DNA of 64,000 nucleotides from the human T2T-CHM13v2.0 reference genome, Homo sapiens, in the NCBI RefSeq assembly GCF_009914755.1, contig NC_060932.1. One strand, written 5' to 3'. Position numbers and translations under genes: made by a program. Numbering within the stretch: the first letter of the stretch is position 1; each line of letters opens with the position of its first letter. The notes under the pieces were generated by a model, which searched no databases, was not told where the DNA came from, and saw only the letters and a program-made list of their open reading frames with translations. This document shows positions 26,301 through 46,950 of this stretch, one piece after another.

Positions 26301-28164
26301 AAAAAATAAAAATCTAATGGGAAAGTACATAGCACCAACAATGAGTTATAAAAATAACATAGGAGCAAATGTTAACTCATGATGAGTTTCTTCAGCAAGG
26401 TAAATTGACTTTTTTAAAAAAATGAATTAACTTTATAATATAAAATTAGTCTTCGTAATGTGATAATTTGGGACACTTTAGAATAATAATGGGGAAATAT
26501 CTCAAATCATCATAGAGTAAACAATTAATTGAAATAAACTAGATAAACCCTCTTATTGGGCATTTTCAAAATTTAAAATTTTGAAATTTGTTATAATTTT
26601 TATGTTTGCTAAGAAAATAGTTAAGTCCAGTTTTCTACTGTTTCTTAGAGTGTTTCTATTCTATGCCACAAAGGTGAAGAGATAGTCTGGCTCCATTTAC
26701 AACTGCTGTGACTGAGAATATGTTTTTCTATTCATCAATTCAATAGGGAAAAGGAGGAAAAATACTTCTGAGTACTTGAAGGGAGTTATTACATTGCTTA
26801 AATGAAGCAGTAAAATGAAAGGGAAATAAAAATCGGGGGTAAGATTAAATTAGCTGTGTATTGAAAGTAGTTTATACTCTCTGATTCTTTTTATTTTTGT
26901 AAAATAAGGATAATAATTCCTAATTGGACAGATTGTTGTGATGAGTAGAGTGCTTACCAAAGTCATCATGCAAAGTGTGGTATTGATTTTTTTATTATTG
27001 AGTTTCATATACCTGGAACTCACTGGAGATAATTGAAGATGTTTCTCTTGGATACTTTGAAATTACAGAAAAAGAAAATCCACAGTTAGAACTTATTCTC
27101 CATAAAAACAAACATTAACTTGACAATAGAAAAGAGCTTATATGGTTAAATTTTACAATGAACAATAAAGTTTGGGGCATTTTATTCTATGGTCATCCTG
27201 TTATTTGGGACATTCTATCATCTGGTTCACATTGTCTGCTGAACTTGGTTGGGCAACTTAGTTGAGCCTCATTCTAGTAGAGAAGCAGATTATGAAATTA
27301 ATTTTCAACTTAATAGAGCAACTTTGTGGATGAAGTTAATTGAATTATTTTATCCTGGCACATTTTGGAAGCTTCTGATATAATGTCAGAGAACTGTAAA
27401 TAAAGCCTTTGAAGATGACACTTTCCATTTTATTTGCTCAGGTGGAAGTATAAGAGCAATAGTAACAATGAAAGGGGGGTCCTAAATAAGGCTTGCCATT
27501 AAATGGTAAGATTGAGGATTTGGGTGTGAATTTAGGTGTGAAGCGATGAAGGAGGCTGTTTAGCCTGATTTAGTTTCCAGAAGTGGATCTGCCTCTAGAT
27601 ATAGCAAAAGTAGTTTCCTCTGCATCCAGTTAGTAGATTAGGGGACTAAATTAGTTTGAAATCAAAGCCCCAGATGAAAAGTAAAGCATTTATCTCCTTT
27701 TCCTTGTATTTTGTGCATAAATATTATCACTGAGAGATGTTTCATGGAGAGATGTCTGGTTAGAGACAGAATGTGGATTTGGGATTCCTACATTTGTCTA
27801 CATATTTATGTAGATACACTATATATCTGTAAAATAAGCTTATAAAGCCTACTGAAATTTTCTTACATTATTGAGTGAGTCTTGTATGTGGAAGAGGTTT
27901 TGAAAAAAATTGATTGTTCAATACAAGCCTAAGGTCACTGGTGAGAACTCTTATGAAAATTGTTCAAAGAAGAAAAGATTGAAAGAAGCCTTCTTTCCCA
28001 CTCCCACTAGGCTTTGTTTACCCTTCTCTGCTTTACTTTCAAAATCAGAAGAATAGTAAACAACTTTACATGAAATGCTTTTCTCTTTTTAGAGCTTTGT
28101 TTTTATCATGACTTCACTGGCAATAATTCAACTGATGAATTGAAAGACAATTGTGTAATAGATA

Positions 28165-28385
28165 AGAGCAGGGATTCTAGAGCCAGGCTCTGGGTTTGGG
28201 CCTTGTCACTGCCACTTACTCTAACTTTTGACAAATTATGTGGCATCTCTGCTCCACAGTTTGGTTTTTGTTCTATATCAAATGGGACTAATTGCATAGA
28301 GTTGCTGTGAGGATTAACTAAATTATTTCCGAGAATAGTACCTGGTACTTCCTAAATTCTCATAAATTGTCAGTTATTTTTCTCA
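28165..28385 (+). mobile_element. MIR SINE
   Basis: AGAGCAGGGATTCTAGAGCCAG...CTGCCACTTAC...AGAGTTGCTGTGAGGATTAA. Confidence 0.8.
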
Positions 28386-30437
28386 TTATAATTCTTATTA
28401 CTATGAAGGTAGCCATGTATTTTTCTAAGAAACTTATGACAGCCCCAAGCTGATCAACTGATTTTGAAATTGTAGGTAGAATGTCAAAGAAATTTTGAAA
28501 TTAATTGCTTAATATTTGGGATACCATTCCTTCTCTTCACAGTTACGGTATTCTGACTCAGAATAAATGAAGACTTTTCTTCACACTATTATTATATTTG
28601 AAGATGAGTTCAGCTTTGGTGGGAGGTACAAGACAAAGGTTATGTTAGAATTTGTTCTATGTGACAAACTGAAATCAAATTATTCAGAGTAGCCTGTCAT
28701 AGCAGGAGACTGCAATAGCTAATGTGGTATTGAATGTTGATCATGACTAAGTAGTATATGACTTCATGATACTCTTGCTCATCCTGGTGCCTAAATTTGT
28801 TGTGTAGTAAATATAAATTCATCTCTGTAGCTAGTAACTGAAGCCATTAACCATGTATCCTTTGGGCTGGAAAAGTTAGAGCTTTAGGTTCCTTATTGAT
28901 ATTGTGTCTAGAAAAGACAAAGATTTAAAACTAAACAAATCAGCTGCACTTGTTTATTATTTTTATTTTTGTATGTACATGATAGGTGTATATATTTATG
29001 GAGTACACAAGATGTTTTGATACAGGAGTACAGTGCATAATAATCACATGGTGATGAGTATCCATCGCCTCAAGCATTTATCCTTTGTGTTACAAACAAT
29101 CCACTTATAGTTTTAGTTATTTAAAAGTGTACAATTAAATTATTACTGCCTATGGTCACCCTGTTGTGCTATCAAATACTAGGCCTTATTCATTATTTCT
29201 ATTGTTTTTTGTACCCAATAACTATCCTCACCTCCTTCCCACTCCCCAACTACCCTTCCCAACCTCTGGTAACCATCCTTCTATTCTCTATATATCTTTA
29301 TGAGTTCAATTGTTTTCATTTTTATCTCCAGAAAATAAGTGAGAATATGAGATGTGTATGTTTCTGTGCCTGGATTATTTCACTTAACATAATGATCACC
29401 AGTTTCATCCATGTTGTTGCAAATGAAGAATTTCATTCTTTTTCATGGCTGAATAGTACTCCAATGTGTATAAATACCACATTTTCTTTATCTGTTCATC
29501 TGTCGATGGGCACTTAGGTTGCTTCCAAATCTGGGCTATGGTTAACAGAGCTGCAACAAACATGGAAGTGCAGATATCTCTTTGACATAGTGATTTCCTT
29601 TCTTTTGGGTATATACCCAGCAGTGGGATTGCTAGATCATATGTTAGCTCTACTTTTAGTTTTTTGAGGACCCTCCAAACTGTTCTCCATAGTGGTTGTA
29701 CTAACTTATATTCCCACCAACAGCATACAAGCGTTCCTTTTTCTCTGCATCCTCACCAGCATTTGTTATTGTCTGTCTTTTGGATACAAGCTATTTTAAC
29801 TGGGGTGAGATGATATCTCATTATAGTTTTGATTTTCATTCCTCTGATAATCAATGATGTTGAGCCCCTTTTCATATGCCTATTTGCCATTTGTATATGT
29901 TTTCTTTTTTGAGAAATGTCTATTTAAATCTTTTGCATGTTTTTTCATTGGATTATTCGAGTTTTTCCTATAGAGTTGTTTGAGGACCTTATATATTCTG
30001 GTTAATAATCTCTTGCCAGATGGCTAATTTGCAAACATTTTCTCCCATTCTTTTGGTTGTGTCTTCACCTTTTTCATTGTGCAGAAGCTTTTTAATTGGT
30101 TGTGATCCCATTTGTCCATTTTTGCTTTGGTTGCCCGTGCTTGTGGAGTATTACTCAAAAAATGTTGGCCCAGACTAAAGTCCTGGAGAGTTTCCCCAAT
30201 GTTTTTTTGTAATGGTTTCATAGCTTGAGAGATTTAAATTTTTAATCCATTTTGATTTGATTTTTGTATATGGTGAGAGATAGGAGTCTAGTTTCATTCT
30301 TCTGCATATGTATATTCTGTTTTCCAAGGACAATTAATTGAAGAGACTGTCTTTTCCCTAGTGTATATTCTTCACACCTTTGTTGAAATGAGTTCAGTGT
30401 AGATAGGTGGATTTGTTTCTAAGTTGTCTATTCTTTT

Positions 30438-33447
<3,010 letters not shown>

Positions 33448-35989
33448 TAGTGTAATTTGAAGTTAGGTAATGTGTTTCCTCCAGTTTTATGTTTTTTGTT
33501 AAAAATAGCTTTGGCTATTCTGGGCCTTTTGAGTTTCCATATAAATTTTGGGATTGTTTATCTATTTCTGTAAATAATGTCATTGATATTTTGATAGTGA
33601 TTTTATTAAATCTGTAGATTGCCGTAGATGTCATTGAGTCTGTAGATTGGTATATAGGGATTTCCTTGAATGTGAAGCATGGACATTTAACACTATTGAT
33701 TCATCCAATCCATGAACATGAAATTTCTTTCCATTTTTTTTTGGTATCCTCTTCAATTTCTTTCATCAGTGTTTTATAGTTTTCATTATAGACACTTTTC
33801 ACTTTTTTGGTTAATTCTTAGATATTTACTTTTATTTGTGGCTACTGTAAATGGGATTACTTTTTAAAATTTCTTTTCAGATTGTTCTCTATTGGTATAT
33901 AGAAATGCTACTGATTTTTGTATGTTGATTTTCTATCCTGCAAATTTACTGAATTTGCTTAACTGTTCTAATAGTTTTCTAGGAGATTCTTTAGGTTTTT
34001 CCAAATATAAAATTATATCATCAGCAAACAAGGATAATTTGACTTCTTTCTTTCTAATTTGCATTCCCTTTATTTCTTTCTCTTATCTGATTGCTCTAAC
34101 CAAGACTTCCAGAACTCTGTTGAGTAAAAGTGGTCAAAGTGGGAAAACTTGTCGTGCTCCATCCAGATCTTACAGGAAAGGCTTTCATTTTTTTCCTAAT
34201 TTAGCATTATACTAGCTGTGGGTCTGTCATATATGGCTTTTATTATGCTGAGGCATGTTCCTTCAATGCCTAGTTTTTTCAGGATTTTTATCATGAAGGG
34301 ATGTTGAATCTTATCAAGTGCTTTTTCAGCATCATTTGAAATGACCATAATGTTTTTGTCCTTCATTCTGTTGATATGATGTATCACATTAATTATTTTG
34401 GACATGTTAAATGATTCTTGCATCCCAGGGATAAATCCCAGTTCGTCATGATGAATAATTTTTTAATATAGTGTTGAATTTGAATTTTTAGTGTTAAGGA
34501 TTTTTGCATCAATGTTCTTCAGAGATATTGCCTGTAGTTTTCTTTTTTTGATGTGTCTTTGTCTGGATTTGGTACCAGAGTAATACTGGCCTTATAGAAT
34601 GCATTTGGAAGTATTCCCATCTCCTCTATTTTTTGGAATACTTTGAGTAGGATTGGTATTAGTTCTTCCTTAAATGTTTGGTATAATAAGGCACTGAGGC
34701 CATTGGGTCCTGGGCTTTTCTTTACTGGGAGACATTTCATTATGACTTCAGCCTTGTTACTTGTTATTGGTCTGTTCAGGTTTTGGACTTCTTCATGGTT
34801 CAATTAGCCAGTTCTGTGTGTCTAGGCATTTGTCCATTCTTCTAGATTATTCAGTTTATTGGCATATAGTTGCTCATAGTAGCCATTACTAATCTTTTTA
34901 GTTTCTGTAGTATCAATTTTAATGTCTCCTTTTTCACTTCTGATTTTATTTATTTGTGGCCTCTTTCATTTTTTTCTCAGTCTGGCTAAAAGTTCGTGAT
35001 TTTTTTTTTTTATCTTTTCAAAAACCAACTTTTTCATTCATTGATATTTTGTATTTTTTAATTTCAATTTTATTTTTTTCTGCTCTTATTTTTTTGTTTC
35101 TTTTCTTCTGCTAATTTTGGGTCTTGTTTGTGTTTTTCTAGTTCTTTAAAATGTGTCATTAGGTTGTTTACTTGAAGTTTTTCTTCTTTTTGGATGTGGA
35201 CACCTATAGCTGCAAACTTCCCTCTTAGTACTGCTTTTGCTGTATCCCATAGGTTTTGATATGTTTTATTTCCATTATCATTTTTTAAGACATTTTTCAA
35301 TTTCCCTCTTAATTTCTTCATTGATCCATGGTCATTCAAGACCATATTTTTAAATTTCTGTGTGTTTGTGTAGTTTCAAAAAATCTTCTTGTTATTGATT
35401 TCTAGTTTTATCACCTTGTGGTCAGAGAAGTCCCTTAATATTATTTCATTTTTTGGAATGTTTTAAGACTTATTTTGTAATCTACCATGTGGTCCATCCT
35501 TGAGTATGGTCCACATGCTGAGGAAAAGAATGTGTATTCTGTAGCCATTGGATGAAATGTTCTGTAAATATCTATTAGGTCCATTTGGTCTATGGTGCAG
35601 ATTAAGTCCAGTGTTTCTTTGCTGATTTTCTGTCTGGAAGATCTGTCCAATGATGAATGCAGGGTATTTAAGTCCCGTCTATCTCTCTCTTTAGTTCTAA
35701 AGTTTGCTTTATATATCTGGGTGTGCCAGTGTTGGGTACATATACATTTAAAATTGTTATGTCCTCTTACTGGATTGATCTCTTCATAATCATATGCTTA
35801 CCTTTTCTCTTCTTACACTTGTTGCCTTGAAATCCATTTTTTCTGATATAAGTGTAGATACTACCACTGTTTTTTGGTTTCTATTTGCAGAGCATATGTT
35901 TGCTTATCCCTTTATTTTCAATCTATGTGTGTCTTTATAGGTAAACTGTGTTTCTCGTAAGGAATAGATCATTAGATCTTCTTTACTAG

Positions 35990-36109
<120 letters not shown>

Positions 36110-36189
36110 TAAGCTGCACTTTTGATTGCTAGATTGAAATCTTACCTTAGGAGAGAATCCTCCCGTACTTCATTTTATTTAACTTAAAA

Positions 36190-36624
36190 ATTTTTTTTTG
36201 ACTTTTAAGTTCAGGGGTACAAGTGCAGCTTTGTTACATAGGTAAATGTGTGTCAAGGGGGTATGTTGTACAGATTATTTCATCAAGTAGGTATTAAGCA
36301 TAGTATCCATTAGTTATTTTTCCTGATCCTCTCCCTCCTCCCACCCTACACCCTCTGAAAGACCCCTGTATGTGTTATTCCCCTCCATGTGTCCATGTGT
36401 TCTCATCATTTAGCTCTCACTTATAAGTGAGCACATATGGTATTTGGTTTTCCATTCTTGTGTTAGTTTGCTAAGGATAATGACCTCCAGTTCCATCCAT
36501 GTCCCTGCAAAAGACATGATCTTATTCTTTTTTATGGCTGCATAATATCCCATGGTGTATATGTACCATATTTTCTTTATCCAGTTTATCATTGATGGGC
36601 ATTTAGGTTTATTCCATGTCTTTG
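36190..36624 (-). mobile_element. L1PA13-15-like 3' end
   Basis: TTTTAAGTTCAGGGGTAC...ACAGATTATTTCATC...; ORF 36410-36682 is the ORF2 C-terminus. Confidence 0.9.
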
Positions 36625-37021
36625 CACACTTCTCTTTTTGTCCTCTCTGCTTTCTTTCCTCTGATGACTTCATATATCTCACAAATTATACACATAATTT
36701 AAAGACAATAATTACACAATGAACAAAAAATTTGCATTACTTTAAATTGTCTATAGAAATAAAACAAGATTGTTCATATTCATTTCACCAGTAAACATTT
36801 ATTATGGATAGTCTCTATATTGTTACATAGTAGTATGAACAAGTCCCTTTTATAATGAAAAGTGATTGAAAACATACATATAAACAAGTGTAGAAGAATG
36901 TTAATTTCAAAAATTGGTTAATGTTATGAAAGAAGTTAAATAGGATAATGTGATGAAGAAGATAGTGTGTGGCAAGAGAGCGACAGATAGGATGAATCTT
37001 GCCTTCAAAGAAAACCTCAAT

Positions 37022-37289
37022 AAAATGGGGAGATGTAGGTTAAAGTTACAAAGTAGCATATATGTAGGATAAGCAAATCTAGAGATTTAATGCACAAAAT
37101 GAGGATGACAGTTTATACAATTTATTAGGTATTTTTGTTAAATAAGTAAATTTTCTTGCTCTTGTACCCAAAAATGTATGTGGGATTATAGACATGTTAA
37201 TTTGCTTCACTGTAGTAATAATTTAACTACTATATGTAACTCATAACTTTGTTTTGTGAACCTCAAATATACATAAAATTTATTTTAAA

Positions 37290-37290
<1 letters not shown>
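37022..37290 (+). mobile_element. L1MA5-7-like 3' UTR fragment
   Basis: AATGGGGAGATGTAGGTTAAAG...TCTAGAGATTTAATG...ATGTTAATTTGCTTCACTGTAGTAAT...AATTTATTTTAAAA. Confidence 0.7.
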
Positions 37291-40540
<3,250 letters not shown>

Positions 40541-40544
40541 GAAA

Positions 40545-41590
40545 ACCCTGATGATCCAAAAATTAGAACCCATATTGGATGTATTTTTTGACTACCAAAA
40601 TTTAATGACAATAAGAAACTAAAAGTTAAAGTTAAATTTAAGAATTATCTTAAATAATTTTAATAACTGTTGGACCAAAAGGGAAATAAAAGTTGTTACA
40701 ACAGGATGCAAAGAAGTTAATGAAAATGACCAGCTTTCTTATAAGATGCTGGCAAAGAGATATTCATGGCTTTTAAAACTTAGCTACTTAAAAGAAAGAA
40801 GAAAATAAAAAATTTTGATGTTTAACTTACATAAGAAGATTTTAAGAAGAACATAATGGAAGAATGCAGAAAGATAAAAACAGAACTGAATAAATTAGAA
40901 AATAATTGATAAATAGAATTAAGAAATCTAAGAACTAGAGTTGTGACAAGGCCAATTGAACAAACTTTTAGTACTACCAATAAAAAACAATAATGCATAA
41001 TATTTTGAATAGAAAAGAAAAAATAACCACAGATTGTGTTAAATTTTCAACTTGTAAGAAAATAGGTTACATAGCTCTATGCCAAATTTAAATTAATTTG
41101 ATTATATGGGTGATTTTCAGGGAAGATGAGTTATCCAGAATTAACAGTAAGCAATGTTCAAAATGTGACTAAAATAAAACTATAAACAGAATTGAGAAAA
41201 ATGGCAAATAAATAAAAATGGCAAATATTTTCTCTTCCATAATCTGCAAACAAACAAAAACATCACCCAGCTCTGATTATAAAGCTTCGAGGAGCAATTT
41301 CTGATATTTAAATTGTCTCAAAGTATTAAAAAACTATAAAAGATTCACAATTCGTTTAGAAATCTAACATAATTCTAATATTAAAATCTGAAAATTTACA
41401 CAAAAATGGAAAACAATGATCAAATGAAAATAATTTAATTGCAGAAATTCAATTAAAACAGCAGCAATTTTATTATAAAAATAGTGCATAATAAAAGAAT
41501 AAAACATTATGGACAAGTAGGATTGATTTCAAGAATGAAAGGATGAGCTGACATTAGAAAAATTTTCCACTGTAACTCATCACACAGGTT
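40545..41590 (+). mobile_element. Very old L1M (L1ME/L1M5-like) ORF2 remnant
   Basis: A-rich sequence; AAAAGAATAAAACATTATGGACAAGTAGGATTGATTTCAAGAATGAAAGGATG resembles the [14 protein letters not shown] coding block. Confidence 0.65.
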
Positions 41591-42005
41591 GAGAGATTTT
41601 TTTGCTTTTATTTCTTATCTTTCTGTTTATCTGATTCAGTTGTCTTGTCATCTCAATTTGATCTTTGTAACTTAGACTGTTTTTCACACGTACCATGTCT
41701 ATGTTCTCCCGAGAACACCAAATGTGTTCCTGAAATGTCCTCAATCTTGAAATAGCTTTTAGAGACTATCTCATCCTTTGAATTACCTTTCACAACAAAA
41801 AACAGGGTGTTACTAAAAGGTTAATCAGCATTTTTTTGTTGTTTATATTTATCATTCTCTGATGAAACTTGCTTCTCAGACTCAGTATTTGTCAACAATC
41901 AGCAAATAGATTCCCCTTTGACTACATACACAGGTATGATGGTTTGACTTCAGGCACAGTATTCTTGGCTATTCTTTCCCTATTCCTGGGATCCTTCTCT
42001 GACAG

Positions 42006-42412
42006 AATGTGGGTGGGCACCATCCAATTGGCTGCAAGCAGAGCTAGGGCAAAGCAGGCAGAAAAAGGTGGGATAACCTTGCTTCTGGTTTTCATCTTTC
42101 TCGCATGATGGATGCTTCCTTCCATTTCTCCTGCCCTTGGACATCAAACTCCAGCTTCTTTGGCCTTTTGACTCTTAGACTTATACCAGGAATTTGTTGG
42201 GGTCTCGACTGAAAGCCGCACTATCAGCTTCCCTACTTTTGAGGCTTTTGTACTCTGACTGAGCCCCTGCTGGCTTCTTTCTTCCCCAGCTTGCAGATGG
42301 CCTACCATGGAACTTTGCTTGTAATCATGTGAGCCAATTATCCCTAATAAACTCCCTTTCATATATACATATATCCTAGTAGTTCTGTCCTTCTGGAGAA
42401 CCCTGACTAATC
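42006..42412 (+). mobile_element. MLT2A-like ERVL LTR
   Basis: ATGTGGGTGGGCACCATCCAATTGGCTG...CTAATAAACTCCCTTTCATATATAC...CTGGAGAACCCTGACTAAT. Confidence 0.9.
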
Positions 42413-42684
42413 GAGTACCTTTCTTGATTATTATCAAACCATAAGACCTTACTAAATGTTCATAGATATTGGCTATCTACTAAATTTACATAGTACACAA
42501 AGCCTACAAATGAAACAAAATAATATAAAATCAAAATAATATAAAAATCACAAAAAAGCAAGAATAGTGAAATAGACCAACTTAATGAATCCATAAGAAA
42601 TAATGTGAATGATAACTATACATTACAAATAGAATAATACAGACATGGCTTTAAGCAGTTAGACTAATTGAAACTGTCTAGAGT

Positions 42685-45420
42685 AGACTTCCCCTTTCAG
42701 ACAAAATGGACCAGATTTACCCTCTCAGCTGAAACAAGTAAAAAAACTGTAAAAATATATATGAAGCAGTAGTTATTAGACATTGGGCATTAGGTAGTCC
42801 AGAAGAGTGATTCCCTGAGGAAGGGGAAACAAATAAGGTGCCTCCTACAACAGACCCAGCTTACTGCTTGGAAAGAGTTTTCAGGCTTTTGCTCAGGAAG
42901 GTGGAAACCAAGTGGAATCAGGCAGTCATCCTGAGTTAAGGAGTCTGGGAGTCTGGGGAGGCCAGTGTGGCTATAGTTCACAAGGCAGAATACTAGGGAG
43001 GTGAAAAAGATGACAAAAACAAGCAATGGGGAAAGGACTCTCTATTTAATAAATGGTGCTGGGATAACTGGCTAGCCATATGCAGAAGACTGAAACTGAA
43101 CCCCTTCTTTACACCATACACAGAAATTAACTCGAGATGGATTAAAGACTTAAATGTTAAACTCAAAACTATAAAAACTCTGGAAGACAACCTAGGAAAT
43201 AGCATTCTGGACATAGGAACTGGCAAAGATTTCATGACAAAGATGCCAAAAGCAATTGCAGCAATAGCAAAAACATTGACAAATGGATCTAATTAAACTA
43301 AAGAGCTTCCGCACAGCAAAAGAAACTATCAGCAAAGTAGACAGACAACCTTACATAATGGGAGAAAATATTTGCAAAGTATGCTTCTGACAAAGGTCTA
43401 ATATTCAGAATGTATAGGGAACTTAAACACATTTACAAGCAAACCCAAGCATCCCCATTAAAAATTGGGCAAAGGAAATTGACAGACACTTTTCAAAAGA
43501 AGACATATACGTGGCCAAAAAGCACATGAAAAAAAGCTCAACATCCCTAACCATTAGAGAAATGCAAATTAAAACCACAATGAGATACCATCTCACACCA
43601 ATCAGAATGACTATTATTAGAAAGTCAAAAAATAACAGATTCTGGTGAGGTTACAGAGAAAAGGGAATGCTTATGCAATACTGGTGTAAGTGTAAATTAG
43701 TTTAACCATTGTGTAAATTAGTGTGGTACCTCAAAGAAGTAAAAACAGAACTACCATTTGACCCAGAAATCCCATTGCAGGGTACATTCCCAAAAGAATA
43801 TAAATCATTCTACCATAAGGACACATGCATACGTACATTCATTATAGCACTATTTGCAATAGCAAAGACATGGAATCAACCTAAATGCCCATCAAGGGAT
43901 GGATAAAGAAAATGTGGTACATATATACCATGGAATACTATGCAGCCATAAAAAAGAATGAGATCGTGTTCTTTGCAGGAACGTGAATGGAGCTGAAGGC
44001 TATTTTCTTTGGAAAACTAATTCAGGAACAGAAAACCAAATACCGCATGTTCTCACTTTTAAGTGGGAGCTAAATGTTAAGAACACATGGACATAAACAG
44101 AACAACAGACACTGGAGCCTACTCGAGGATGAAGGGTAGGAGGAGCAAGAGGATCAGAAAAGATAACTATTGAGTACTATGCTTAGTAACTGGATGATGA
44201 AATAATCTGAATGCCAAACTCCTGTGACATGAGTTTACCTATATATCAAGCCTGCACATGTACCCCTGAACCTACAATAAAAGTTTAAAAAAAAAAAAGA
44301 AGAATGCTGGAGAGGCAAGAGATAGACAGAACTCACACGTGAACTGCAGAGGGTCTCCCTCGAGTCTTCAGCTGAGTACTGCATTAGCACATGCATATAA
44401 TGAAACTACTTTATTCAACGGGTCGGGAGTGGGTGAAAACCTCTAAAATACCTAAAATAAGCAAGGAAAACAATCTTGAGGTCTCACACAGGTTTGGGAG
44501 TAGTTGGTATATCTACCAGCCAAAGTGGGACACTACATAATTTATGGGACACGTAGAACACTCAGAATGGCATTTCCTCCCTAATGGGGCCAAATTTGTT
44601 CTAGATTATAGGCTGCACTGGTCCTGGCTAAAAAAGTTTAAAAAGAAGCCTCAGAATAATCAAATTCTTTCCAAGCAACTTACTGCTTATCAGAGCAAAG
44701 TTCAATAATATTTATAGGGACATAAAATTACTCAACATTTAGCAAGTGTAAAAAAAATTGGGTATCAAATGAAAAATTACCCATTGTGGAAACAAACCTG
44801 CAAATACAACCTATGATGAACAAAGGAAAATAATCAGTAAAAGAGATCCAAATATGACACAGATGTTAGAAATAGTGAACAAAGACATAAAATAGTTACG
44901 CTAACAATATTCCATATATTCAAGAATATAGAGGAAATATGGAGCTTCTTATATAAAAATATAGAAAATAAAAAAGGACCCAAGTAGAACTTCTAGAAAT
45001 GAACAGTATAATATCTGATATGAGAAACACATTTCCTTGGATTAAAAGAGGATTTGATACTGATGAAGAAAAGATTAGTAAACTTGAAGATGGAGCAGTA
45101 GAAACTATCCAAAACGAAACCCAGGGATTTTTGTCAAACATGCCAAGGTAATTCAATAGGGTAAAAGATGCTTTTTCAACAAAAGGTATTGGAACAACTA
45201 GTTCTCTATATACAACAAAACCCTTGATTTATATTTTGTATTATAACAAAAGTAACTTAAAATTCATTATAGACTTAAATATAAAACTCCAAATCATAAC
45301 ATTTCTGAAAAAAGGATAACATCACAGATAGACATATATCAAAACTTATAAAATTATACAGATTCAATATGTACAATTTATTACATGACAATTACACCTC
45401 AATAAATCTATTACAAAACC
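42685..45420 (+). mobile_element. Old L1MC/L1MD-like element (5' region, ORF1 and 3' pieces), interrupted by an L1PA15/16
   Basis: GACCAGATTTACCCTCTCAGCTGAAACAA; GAAGAAAAGATTAGTAAACTTGAAGA (ORF1-like coiled coil); CAATTACACCTCAATAAA 3' end. Confidence 0.6.
43010..44299 (+). mobile_element. L1PA15/16-like 3' portion
   Basis: TGACAAAAACAAGCAATGGGGAAAGGACTC...; ORF 43709-43906 ORF2-like; 3' UTR ending CCCCTGAACCTACAATAAAAG plus A-tail. Confidence 0.9.
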
Positions 45421-45782
45421 ACTTTAAACAAAATAAACAATACTATGCAAAAATAATTTAAGGTGCATTGTGTCTAAATGTATTACATTTTACAAATACT
45501 TAGTAAAGTAGAAAATTAATGCCCAAGTGAAACCTTACATGTAACATTTCTGCAAGTTAAAACAAGAAAAAAAAATAGAAAACTACTCTTGAAAGTAAAA
45601 TAAATAAACTTAAAGAGGACTGAATCTTCCTGTGAAACTTGGCAAGTTTACTAAATCATATTTTAGTCCAAAGTGTCTTTATTTGCATTATTAATTGGCT
45701 ATATTACATTAAGATAATTAAATTTCTATACAATTTGGCTTTTCAGCAAAATGGGTTGCATCCAGATATGATTCCTACTAGT

Positions 45783-45931
45783 TTTTTTTTTAATTTAAAT
45801 ACTTTATTTATTTATTTATTTTAGCAGTTTTAGGTTCGCAGCAAAATTGAGAGGAGGTACAGAGATTTCCCTTCTACTCCTCAGTCCCCACACATGGATA
45901 GCCTTCTCCATTATCAACATCCCTCACCAGA
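45783..45931 (-). mobile_element. L1MC-like 3' end fragment
   Basis: AGCAGTTTTAGGTTCGCAGCAAAATTGAG...GTACAGAGATTTCCC...ATTATCAACATCCCTCACCAGA. Confidence 0.75.
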
Positions 45932-46031
45932 ACCTACCTTGTTTTTAAATGAGAGTTTGGCTGGTCATTGCTTGTCCCTCTCTTCTCCCTGGCTAAGGTC
46001 TTTTGGCAAATACTATCTGTTCACTATCTGA

Positions 46032-46179
46032 TAACTTTTCCTCTGTTTCCTCCTTGCTGCCTGCCAAAACTTAGATTTTAATTTTGCATTTGAAGGTAAC
46101 ACGCTTAACTTTTCTTGTATTTCTTCCTTGCTACCTACCAAAACTTAAATTTTAATTGGTATTTGAAGGTAATATACTT
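46032..46179. repeat. Diverged 74-bp tandem duplication
   Basis: TAACTTTTC...TCCTTGCT(G/A)CCT(G/A)CCAAAACTTA(G/A)ATTTTAATT...ATTTGAAGGTAA at 46032 and 46106. Confidence 0.85.
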
Positions 46180-46199
46180 CAATATAAACTGGGAAAATC

Positions 46200-46535
46200 T
46201 TGGTTAGTTCAAGCTAATCATGTTAGTTCCGTTTCCCTTGGCTATTAATTGACTTAGGAAGAATAATTATATGACACAATTCATGGTCATGAGACATGCA
46301 GGAATAGCTATTGAAGGCAGCCATCTTGAAACTGTGAGGGGACTAGTTTCAAGGCCAAAGCCAATATGTTAAAGACAGCTAAATTGAAAGAAGAAAAGAG
46401 CCTAGGTATTTGATGGTGTTGATGAGTCTTTAAATTAATTATGTTGAAAAGGGCCTATCTCCATCTTTCTCATTACATGAGATAACTATTTAGTTAAGCC
46501 ATTTTGAGCTTATTTCTTCCCAGCTGAATGTATCA
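46200..46535 (+). mobile_element. MLT1J/K-like MaLR LTR
   Basis: GCAGCCATCTTG...TGAGGG...AAAGAGCCTAGGT...TTACATGAGATAA...TTAAGCCA. Confidence 0.6.
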
Positions 46536-46619
46536 TGAAGGATTTGCAACAAACATTATGCCCCTGAATGAATAGGGCATGTAAAATTGTTCCCATCCTA
46601 ACTTTGATTTTCTCCCCTA

Positions 46620-46950
46620 TTTGTACATTCACCCTCTCTGAGCATCACCCAGCTGATTTTTTTAATGTCCCCTGCACTGCCTTATGCTATCTTTCTTCAC
46701 CTGACAAAGTCCTTCTTAATGTTAAACTCAAAACTCAGATATTATCTTTTCTGTGCAGATTTCCCCAACTCCCTCAAGAATTGTTTTTAATCCTCTCATC
46801 TTGCTGCTATGAGTATTATTTTCTCCTCTACTACGGAAGCTTTTCTCTCATATTTGCATTTCTATCTACTTGGTAGCCTGAGATTCTTGAGGGCAGATTG
46901 TTTTATTTATGATTATATTTTCCCAACTGTATTGGCATAATATAAATACT
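46620..46950 (+). mobile_element. L2 3' fragment
   Basis: Pyrimidine-rich, ending GCCTGAGATTCTTGAGGGCAGA. Confidence 0.5.
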
